Below, one piece after another: positions 53,857 to 64,000 of a stretch of 64,000 nt of DNA. The notes under the pieces are model-generated. The model searched no databases, was not told the DNA's origin, and saw only the letters and a list, made by a program, of their open reading frames with translations. The translations under genes were made by a program, and so were the position numbers. This DNA is from Eledone cirrhosa (taxonomy: Eukaryota), in the NCBI GenBank assembly GCA_964016885.1, contig OZ024740.1:121520001-121584000 (forward strand), in the 5' to 3' direction. The first letter of the stretch is position 1, and every line of letters starts with the position of its first letter.

Positions 53857-56655
53857 GGTCACCTGCTCAACGATCTCAGCTCTCTAAACCTAGATGTGGT
53901 GGCCATCAGCGAGACCAGAATCTCCGAAGCCTTCCCACCGATCGTTGGCGGCTACTATGTATACACATCTCCCAGCCGTCCTGGATCGGGGGGGGGGGTT
54001 GATGTGCTTTTTCGGAGAGGCTTGGATCTCACCATACGAGCCATCTTCATGGACACATAAAGTAAGTGACCAGGGCGAAGGCAATACTTTCAGGCTAGTA
54101 GCCGTCTACACCCCGACAGGTACAAACGGCCAGATTTCTTCAGACGTCTAGAGAACTTTCTTGGATCCTCCCGCTCCTTAGTGTTAATGGGCGACTGGAA
54201 CGGTATCTTAGATGGACGCTGGGAATATGTGGGGCTAGTAAAAGGCTCAACAACCTGCTCAGACGTTTTGAACTGTCTGACAGGTATAGACTGGATTATC
54301 CGAATGTACCAATGTGGACATGGGCAAACTGCATCGGGTCATCCAGATCGTATTTAGATAGGGTATTCGGTAGAGAAACAGATACGGCTAGTGTAAGTTG
54401 TCCACAATTTAAAGTCGACTACACGGACCCCGAATTCGTGAATTGTGAGGTTGACTTAGATAGAATCCATAGGCAAGGGCCCGGTTACTGGAAGCTAAAC
54501 GCTCCTTTCCCGGTGCTCAAAGTTAGAGAGACCGGATTAGCGAATTAATTAAGCGTGCGTTGACGGGTGCGATCATCAACAACAGATGGTGGTTTACCCA
54601 GAAAAGGGATATTAGAGTAGAATCGGTAGGTTTAGCAAAGGAGTAGTGACAGAGGAAAATAGAGTAGAGAAAGAGTTAGTCAGAAAGCTAGAAGAGGCGT
54701 TTAGGACAGGCATCGCAACCAACGTGCTTGCAGCGAGATTGGTACAAGACCAATTCTTCAACGCAAACATGAACGATGCGTTGTCAGAGCTAGAGCTCAT
54801 GCTCTGAGACACGAGGGGACAGAAGCCGTTCAATGGGCCCGAGTGGTGGAGGCGCAACCTGGCTACAAGCCCACAATACCGTTTTTGCCTGATCAAAACG
54901 GGCGCATATCGTACGAGCACGAACAGATGTGTGCGGCTTTTCAGCAGCACTTTGCTCGATTGTAAGGGGGCGGCGGCTGACAGGATCTGAGTATGGACTT
55001 CCGTGAATACCTCTACGGACTGCCGCAGCTTTCAGCGACCGCAGTACAGTGCTGCGAACGGCCGATAACAGCAGGTGAAATACGGGAAGCGATGTCTAAT
55101 TGTACGAGGGGTAAGTCGCCAGGTTTTGATGGTCTACTCTACGAACATTATGCGTATATGCCAGACTTGTTCGGCAACCTCTTGGCAAATGTCTACTGCA
55201 ACTGGCAGCAGAACGGGAGCATTCCCAGTTTTTAGAGCCGGGTAGCGGTGGCGCTCGGGGTCTGGTTCGGTCCGGACCTCTAGATGGAGAAAAACTTGAG
55301 CGAGGTGACGAGCAGGATGGCTTCTCTCACTCAGAAATGGGCGGGAGGTGGTGAATACGTACATCGCGTCCGTAATCTGCTACCGCCTGACCGTCGTATC
55401 TGGCCCCCGCCCAACTCTGACCAAAATAGAGCTCCTTCTCTTCCACTTTTTGTGGAAGTGACGTGCTCCCATAGTCAGACGATCCATTTGCTGTCAACAG
55501 CCGTTGCGTGGACTAGGCTTGCCGTGGCTGATGATGCCCAAACATGAACGGAGGCTGCGACATCTCTGGTGCTTCCTGACGGGGAACAGGTTTGGTTGCC
55601 ATTCGCCAGACGCGCTTTTCCCCAGCTCGTCTCCTTGACGGAGCTGCAGTCCTGGGTCAGGACAACACCGAGGGATAGCGTTTGGGAGATGGAATATCTC
55701 CAAACGCTCACCGTCCTCTACCAGCTGGGCACTAGTATCGGTGGAACATCCACCTCGGCGTTCTATAGAGGGCTAGTGGAGGGAAATGGCGACGACGTTA
55801 TCGGGGAGACCCTGGGCGTCCAAGACGATCAGCTGTTTGCTCTCTTCAAGAGAACTTTCAGACCGGGGCCTATGGACAACTTCCAGAAATCCCTGGTCTC
55901 GCAGTGCTACCGGGGAGCGTTGCCGGTTCGGGATAAGCTCTACAGGCACGGAAATGCTGTCAGCCAAGCCTGTCCAAGATGCGTACAGGGCGACGAAACC
56001 ATCGTGCACGCACTCGTTCAGTACCCGAGGATTGCTGACTTGTGGAGCTATTTCGAACAGCTGCTGTCGCGTGTAGGACCGATCCGGTTATCGACTGAGT
56101 CCATTGTGCAGAAAGTCCCGCCATCCTCCTTTAAATAAGAGTAAGGGCAGGCAGTTTTCATCTGCCTGGTGGACATGTCGAAAGAGATTGTATTGTGGAG
56201 AAGATTGAAAGGGTTGAAGACGGACACTTTCTTCTCCGGCGAATCCCTAATTAACTTTTTCAAGTTTCACTTGAAGAGGGAAATCAGGGTGGAGAGGCAA
56301 GTGCTGTTTTTCTAGTAAGTTTTTTGAAAGGTGGGTGAAAGTGGCGAGTCCGGTCCGAGTGAACGGGCCCGCTCTGAGTATACGCCTGTAGACTGAGGAC
56401 TGGGAAAAGTGAGACACGGCTCTTGCCCTCGTGGTCAGGGTGGCCGTGGACTTTTGTGTGGTTTTCACCACGAGTGACCCTCGGAGGTTTCACACTTCTT
56501 GGGGAATTTTTGTTGTTTGAATTTTGTTATATTTCTAGCCCGGTTTTGTTATAACCTGTTTACACGAACAAAACCCACTTAGTATCATCATGTACTGTTC
56601 TGTGCTGTCTCTAATGTTTTTCTTCGTGTCAGCCATTGTGGCCAATACAGAAACC
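53857..56655 (+). mobile_element. Second Tx1-type copy, starting inside APE, with RT core deleted
   Basis: Homologous to copy 1 from about 50393; deletion junction near 55250; ends gtggccaatacagaaa. Confidence 0.88.
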
Positions 56656-56659
56656 ATTC

Positions 56660-58634
56660 TCCTCGAAGCACTCTACTGCAACTGGCAGCAGAATGGGAGT
56701 ATTCCCTGTTCTGTGAGCAGGGGAGTGGTGACGCTGATGAGAAAAGACGAGAACAAGAGGGATACATTAGACAACTTCAGGCCCATAACTCTGCTCAACA
56801 CAGAATTTAAGATTTTGGCCAACGTGTTAGCAAAGAGATTGGCGCTTGTCGTCGAGGATTTGGTTGGGGAGGCGCAAACTTGTCAAATCCCAGCCAGGTT
56901 CATACACGACAATCTCCACCTCATGCGATACATCATAGAGAGGGTAGAGTGTAAAGCTAGCTTCGGTGGGGGCACTGATCAATTTAGATCAATCGAAAGC
57001 ATTCGATATGGTCAACCATCGGTATCTGGAGTTTGTTCTCAAAGCAGCTGGCTTCGGCCCTGTCTTCAGAAGCTGGATCGCTGCAATGCACAGTGGCACA
57101 CGCTAGGTGGTCAAGGTTAATGGCCACCTCTCGGAACCATTTCGGCGCTCCAGATCGGTGCGTCACGGGTGCAATCTCTCTTACCTTCTGTACGTATTGA
57201 CTCTCGTCTCGAGCCTTTACTGAGGAAGCTGTTGCATAGCATCCCACTCGAACCGGGGCGTGGAAAGGCGGTGTCGGCTTATGCGGACGACATCACCGTG
57301 ATGGTGTCGGACACCTCAGAAATCGACGTGGTGGGCACCTTATTGAAGGAGTATGAAAGGTTGACAGGAGCCAAACTTAAAAAAGTCGGTGGGCTTGCAA
57401 GTCGGAACCTGGAGAAGCAACCCTATGCCGTCCAAGAGTCTCGTGGGGCGCTGGACGGACGGACCGGTAAAGTTGCTCAGGGTTTCGTTCGCACCATACC
57501 TCCAAGTAGAAAAGAATTGGAATGAGGTAACGAGCAGAGTAGCCAGTCTCACCCAAAAATGAGCTGGGAGGAAACTATCACTGAAAGGACGCGGGGAGGT
57601 GGCGAATGCGTACATCGTGTCTGTTATCTACTACGGCCTGAGCGTCGTGCCTTGCCCCCATCGGCGCCTCGTCAATTTGCAACGGCTCCTCTTCAAATTC
57701 TTGTGGAAAGGACAAGTTCCGTAGATGAGGCGGTCCATCTGCTGCCATCACCCTCTACACGGAGGTCTGGGATTGCCGTGGCTAATGATGCGCAGACATG
57801 CGCTTAGGCTGCGACATCTCCAGATATTCTGTCTAAACGGTGAACAGTTGTGGTCGCCGTTTATCAGACAGGCCTTTCCGCATCTCGTTTCTTTGACTCA
57901 GCTGCAGTCCTGGGTCAAGAAGAGACCGAGACTAGGTACTGGCACCTAGAATGTTGCCAGGCACTCACTGCCCTCTACTAAGCGGGCAATACGATCAGTG
58001 CATTACTGACTTGTGGAGTTATGTCGAACAGCCACTGTCAAGTGTGGAACGGATCCGGCTATACGCCGAGTCCATAGTAAAGATCGACTCGCCGCTTTCC
58101 TTAGGTCAGGAAGAGCAGGAAATGTTCCTCTGTCTGGTGGCAGTTGCGAAAGAGGTTATATGGTTGACCAGATTAAAAGGACTGAAGACAGACACTTTTC
58201 TCTTCGGCCAATCCCTCATCAACTTCTTCAAGTTTCATCTGGAAAGGAAGGTGAGGGGGGAGAGAGAGAAGTGCTGCCCCCCAGTACATTTGCTAAAAGG
58301 TGGATGAATGTAGCGAGAATGGCCCGTGTGAATGAGCCTACTCTGACCATGCGTCTATAGGATAGCTAACTTGAGGAGAGGGGTGATCTCCCTGGGTTCC
58401 CTAGAAGCGCAGGGTGGTTCAGGATTGGTGGGGTACCTGAGTCACCCCTGGGTCGTCCACTTCCCATAGGGGAATTTATTTTGTTATATTTATGCATAGT
58501 TTATTTTATATTTTTATATCTTTATTACTAAATTAGTCTTGCCTTTGTGCACTTTTACTCTATTGTAAACCCCCACTGTCCCTGTCTTTTTATTTGTCCC
58601 CTACATATAAGCCCTTGTGGCTAATAAACGAAAT
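56660..58634 (+). mobile_element. Third Tx1-type copy, starting inside RT, with an internal deletion near 57995
   Basis: FRPITLLN, SAYADD, GGLGLPWL; ends gtggctaataaacgaaa followed by (TTA)n. Confidence 0.88.
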
Positions 58635-58928
58635 AATCATTATTATTATTGCTATTATTATTATTGTTGTTATTCCTTGAATCTCAGTCATTGATGTTGG
58701 TTAACTGGAAAGTCCGTTGGAATGAATATCAAGCCACTACCTGCAGCCTCAGATATTCAGGACGTATCGGAGGGTTCTTGCTGTTCCAAGCAAGCATGCC
58801 TTTTGAAGCGTTCCAAAAAGCGTGAAGGGGCCGATTTTCTTTAACCATCCCTGGAAACTTTTGGAGATAGTCCCCAGTGCGCCTATGACAATCGGGATCA
58901 CTTTGACTTCATGGCAGTTCCAAATCCT

Positions 58929-59438
58929 TTACACCTCCCACTTTAGGTCCTGGTATCGGTTAATTTTCTCCCTCTCCTTCTCTTGCACTCTCGTGTCGAA
59001 AGGGCAGGCCACATCCACAATCAGACACGATCTTTGTTCTTTGTCCACAACCACCAGGTCAGGTCTATTGTGTTCCAGTTTTTTGTCCGTCTGTATCCTA
59101 AAATCCCACAGCACCTTCACCTGATTGTTCTCCATCACCGCCTCTGGCCTATGCTCAAACCATTTCTCAGAATGTGGTAAATTGTTTACTTTGCACAGGT
59201 GCCAGTGGATCACCCTGCCCATCACATCGTGTCTCCAGCCCTTATAGTGGGTCTGGGCTAGGTGTTTACACTCGGACACAATGTGAGCCACAGACTCCTC
59301 TCTCTCTCCACAGATCCTGCACAGTGGGCTAGCCTCCTCCTTGTAAATATGATGCTTCAACCACTTCGTTTTGTGGGCCTGCTCCTGCGCAGCCATTAGC
59401 ATTCCTTCTGTAGCCTTTTTGAGGTCTCCTCTTCTCAA
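58929..59438 (-). pseudogene. CCHC zinc knuckle and restriction-like endonuclease
   Basis: CRICGEREESVAHIVSEC, RHD, RPDLVVV, IVDVACP, EKINRYQDL. Confidence 0.93.
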
Positions 59439-60862
59439 CCATTTCCATGTCTGTGGATCTCTGAATTCAGTTTTTCGAAGAAGTTACTATGAAGGGATTT
59501 TCCCTTAAGGCTGCTCTTCCTCCTTGATGTTATTTCCTCCTTGGACATCCCCTGGCCTACTGTCCCCTCCTTCAGTACAGTTCTGAGCATTGGCTCCTTA
59601 CTATAGGTCACGTATTTGTATAGGTTGTTTTTCTCCATCTGAACACAGTCCTCTATGCTGATAAGACCTCTTCCACTCTCAGATCTCCTTAGGTAGAGTC
59701 TATCGACATCACTCCTCTTGTGGAACATGTTGTAGATAGTCAATAGCTTCCTAGTCTTCCTATCCATTTCTTTTTGTTCAGCAACATTCCATCTCAGAAT
59801 TCCCGCACTGTATCTAATAATAGACACAGCTCGGGAATTTACTGCGCTTATGGCATTTCTGCTGTTCAGATGTGACTTCAATACGCTCCTTACTCTCCGA
59901 ATGTATTCAGTTCTTAACAATTCCTTCATTTTTTTGTTCTTTATGCCATCAGCCTCCAGAACGCCCCAATACTTGTATCCTTCCTCAGAGTCAATTTCCT
60001 TTATCATCTCACCTGTTGGTATCTGGATCCCGTTACTTCTGCTCAACCTACCCCTCCTCATCACAATGACTCCACATTTACTAATACCAAACTGCATACA
60101 TATATCACTGCTGAAAATACGGACAGTGTCAACAAGCACATCCAACTCCTTCTCACTTTTCCCGAAGAGCTTAAGATCGTCCATGAAGAGGAGGTGATTG
60201 ATGGTAAGCTCTCCCTTTCCCAACTTGTATCCTGCTCTCACTTTTCGCAGCATAATGCTCAAGGGCATCAGGGCAAGGACAAACAACAGAGGGGACAGGC
60301 TATCTCCCTGGAAGATACCTCTCTTGATCTTCACGCTTCCCAAGGATACTCCAGTTGATGTCAACTCTGTCTCCCAGGACCCCATACTCCTGCACAGCAA
60401 CTGTCTGATGTTATCTGCCACCCTGAAGATCTCCAGGCTTTTGGTGATCCAAGAATGAGGCACCATGTCAAATGCCTTTCTGTAGTCTATCCATCCCATG
60501 GCAAGATCAGTGTGTCTCCTCCTGCAATTCCCCATTACCATCTTATCAATAAGTAACTGGTCCTTTGTACCACGTGACTTCTTTCGGCATCCTTTCTGTT
60601 CGTCCGGTAACAAGTTGTTTGTGTGGAGGTGATGGTAGATTTCCTCAGACACAATGCTCGTCAACAGTTTCCACATTACGGACAGACATGTGATAGGTCT
60701 ATAGTTGGTAACATCATTACCCTTGATTCGGTCTTTCATTATCAGAACTGTGGTACCTTTTCTCAACCACTCTGGCACCTCACCCGACACCAAGCAGTCA
60801 TTGAACATGGCCGTCAGCTTCGGGTGGAGGGATGTTAAATTTTTAATCCAATACCCCTGCAC
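59435..60862 (-). pseudogene. R4-clade reverse transcriptase
   Basis: NYRPITCL, EQKGC, IDYRKAFDMVPH, GIFQGDSLSPLLF, HLLFMDDLKLF. Confidence 0.95.
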
Positions 60863-62789
60863 ACCATCTGGGCCTGGTGATTTCCAGTTGGTTAGTTATT
60901 TGGCCTGCCCCTTAAGAGTTTCAACTGTGATACTCAAATCAGTTTGTTGGTGTGCCTGCTCACCGATCTCCCTCTGTACTGTCTCAATCCACCCTGCCTG
61001 GACATTATGTCTAACATCCTGCTCCCATATTCCTCTCCAGAATGTTTTAGTTTGCTCCGCCCCAGGGATCAAGTCGTAGCCTCTTTCTTTCCCCTCAAGC
61101 TGTCCAAACATCATCTTCTGGTTGTTGTCGAACATGCGGTTCTGTTTGTACTGACTGACTCTGTTCTCGTATCGCCTCATTTTTGCACTCTTTGCTACAA
61201 TGCGTTGCTTCAGTTCCTCTATGATAATATTTAGCTTTTTCCTCCTAGTTTTGTACTTTATTTCCAGTCTATTTTTAGTGCCTATGTTTTTTAGTGTCCC
61301 ACTCAGTAGTGACTCAAGCTTTCCTATGTCAATTCTAATTTCCCCGATTTGTCCACTCAGTCGTTTCTTCCACCACGGCTCTGCTCTTTCTTGTCTGTTG
61401 TTTCCTCTCGCTTTTATACCAAGTAGTTTCCTCACCGTATTTGCTGTGGTTTTGAGGATATTGTTGCACTGGTGAAGGCTCCTCGCCTCAAGGTATGGGA
61501 TGACTTTGTTTACCTTAGCTGTTGTTTCTTTTAACTTTTTCCTGTCTACAAATCTTAGGTTCATAGGTCTCCCACTATCATTGTTCAATTCATCTACCAC
61601 TAAATTTAGGATGTCAACCGAATCTTGTCCTAGCCCGTCAGCATTCATCTCCTCAGTGGCCGTATCTCTGTTCCAGGTATTATTTATCTCAGTATTCAGA
61701 TCATTGTCTGCTTCGGGTGGTTCCTCCGTTCTCAGGGCCTCTTCACATTCATTTCCCACTGGCTCGCTTGTCTGACATACTACACCCGCCATCTCCAAGC
61801 CATTCTCTCTGTTCAGTTCCTCCAGTTCCAGCTCGCTTATCCACCCATTAGTTCTTATTACCCGAGCCTGCCCGGCCAATTTTTGTTCATCTAATTTAAA
61901 TAGACCAATCTCGTTCCAGATGTTATGCATCCGTCTCCTGTAGCCCCTCTCATTGGGGTTACTTTTCAGGTAACATTGCATAACAGTTCTATTCAATTCT
62001 TTAGTCCATGTTGGTTCTGGCCCCTTTCCTTCTTCTTCTTCCTCCAACATCAGCAGTATTTGGTTGACAGTCAGGTTCCTGCTGCTGAGCCAGGGGGCAC
62101 CTGTTGGGTGAGAGTCTGTCACATGACGTTCTAGTCTCCATTTCACCGTTATTCGAACTGTTTATGTTCGATATTTAAACACTCTTATCGAGGATTGGCG
62201 AATGTATGGTTACATAACCATCTGTGGATTCGCCGTTCCACTTGGCCCTTGTGTGGCATTATCACCCCGCTGTATACGAACACACATAAACAAACAAACA
62301 CACAAGCAGAAAGGGCCCCAAAAATGAATAAGCATCAGTTTCATTGTAATGTAGTGTTCGAATGTCTGACTTAGTTTTTGTTTTTTTAGTTTTAGTTTTT
62401 CCCCCCCTCTTCTCTGTCCGTCCGCCTGCTTCTCTCTTCATTCTTATTTTCTTTACGTTTTTTTTGTTTTTTTTTGTTTTTGTTTTTGTTTTTGTTTTTC
62501 TCTGTTTGTTTTTCTCGTTTTTTGCTGTTGTTGCTGTGCTGCTTTGGTTTTGTTGTTTGTTTTTTCTTTTTCCTTTTGAGTCTATCTATATATTTTGATG
62601 CCTTCCTCTTTTTTAGTAGTAGGAATTCTATAATGTGGTGGCAGCAGCCAGCTGGGAAAAGTGGGTGACCGGCGGCGGTAGCGATACTGAGACAGTGGTG
62701 GTGGTGATGTCGATACCGAGGCAGCGGTGGTGTTGATGTGATCGTATTACTGTAGTGATGGTGTTGTAGCGGTGGTAGCAGTGAAGGAG

Positions 62790-63228
62790 TGAAGGAGTGG
62801 TGGCGGCGGTGATGGGATAGTGGTGGTAATGATGGCAGTAGTGAGCGGTGGTGGTGAAATTGCCGTTATCTGGCTGTTGTGTTTAGTGTACACAGGTGAT
62901 GAGGTGGGTGGTGTATCTAGTTTCTGGTGTTGGTGAGTTTGGCTGTTCTATATAGTGTAGACAGAGGATAGGAGGGGGGGGGGTTCTTCTTCCATTTATA
63001 GCCATTTTCTTTTTTGGATATACAGTGTACAATACAAAGTTGAATATTTGAATATTTGAGCCTTATAACAATATATTTTGGGTCCGAATTTTTTGGGGCT
63101 CAAGCCGGGTACTTTACGTAGCATTTGTACTAAGAGTTGCTATTTCACAAATGATTTAAATATGTTAAAAATTCAAAACTTACGGGAGCGATTTCATGAC
63201 CCCCGCCACCTCGTGCGTCTTCTTCCCT
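62790..63228. repeat. Unclassified interspersed repeat A, copy 2
   Basis: Diverged direct copy of 48250-48885. Confidence 0.8.
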
Positions 63229-63343
63229 TTATTATTATTATTGTTGTTATTCCTTGAATCTCAGTCATTGATGTTGGTTAACTGGAAAGTCCGTTGGATT
63301 GAATATCAAGCCATTACCTGCAGCCTCAGATATTCAGGACGTA

Positions 63344-63344
<1 letters not shown>
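63229..63344 (-). mobile_element. About 115-bp Dong 3' terminus
   Basis: Nearly identical to 58655-58767. Confidence 0.85.
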
Positions 63345-63389
<45 letters not shown>

Positions 63390-64000
63390 GTTCTTTGAGT
63401 CTCAGTCATTGATGTTATTTAACTGGAAAGTTTGTTGAAATGAATATCAAGTCGCTACCTGCAGCCTCAGATATTCAGGACGTATCTGGAGGTTCTTGCT
63501 GTTTCCAGCAAGCATGACTGTTGAAGTGTTCCAAAATGCGGGCTAGACTAATCTTCTTTAACCATCCTTGGAAACTCTTTGAGATAGTAGGCCTATGACA
63601 ATCGGGCCGACCTTGATTTCCTGGCACTTCCAAATCCTTTTTAACTCACACTTTAAGTCCTGGTATCGGTTAATTTTCTCACTCTCCTTTTCTTGCTCTA
63701 TCGTGTCAAATGGGCAGGCTACGTCTACAATCAGGGGCGATCTTGTTTCTTTGTCCAAAACCACCAAGTAAGGTCTATTGTGTCCTAATGTCTTGTCCGT
63801 CTGTATCCTAAAATCCCATAGCACCTTCCCCTGATTGTTTTCTATCAACGACTCTGGCTTATGCTCATACCACTTCTCAGAATGTGCTAAATTGTTTACT
63901 TTGCATAGATACCAGTGGATCCTATCACATCATGTCGCCAGCCTTTATAGTGAGTCTGGGCTAGGTGTTTACACTCGGATACAAAGTGAGCCCCAGTCTC
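63345..64000 (-). mobile_element. R4/Dong-type LINE 3' end that runs off the window
   Basis: KVLWDFRIQTDK...IVDVACPFD...EKINRYQDL; long (TAA)n tail at 63345-63389. Confidence 0.92.

Larger units (their letters stand above)
58637..62270 (-). mobile_element. Nearly intact R4/Dong-type LINE (single long ORF: N-terminal region, RT, CCHC, RLE)
   Basis: ORFs 60896-62146, 59435-60862 and 58929-59438; (TAA)n/(CAA)n tail at 58637-58673. Confidence 0.95.

Noticed and set aside
59850-61775. Plus-strand ORFs over the Dong element, and similar antisense ORFs over the other LINEs
   Set aside because: Antisense shadows of LINE coding sequence

Overview
AT-rich eukaryotic repeat-dense DNA with no host exon that I can support. 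The tRNA-headed SINEs resemble octopus SINEs as I recall them, so a cephalopod source is likely but unverified. Long (TA)n, (CA)n and (CT)n tracts explain most ORF-track entries. The left half (about 1.7-33 kb) holds Penelope-like element (PLE) remnants: Hydra-type RT and GIY-YIG fragments and one Neptune-type GIY-YIG fragment. It also holds eight inverted-repeat insertions of 0.3-2.5 kb; wherever orientation can be read, their 3' ends point outward towards microsatellites. About a dozen type I hammerhead ribozyme motifs lie in or near them, most with palindromic stem III, including U3-A8 core variants, U-U-closed stem II variants and long-stem-II variants. A 5.7 kb hAT (Charlie-type) element with an exact 8-bp TSD encloses several of these insertions. 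The right half holds R4/Dong-type RLE LINEs with (TAA)n tails (one nearly intact), a head-to-tail array of three Tx1-type LINEs, an RTE-like fragment and SINEs. All calls were read by eye; no searches or folding programs were run.
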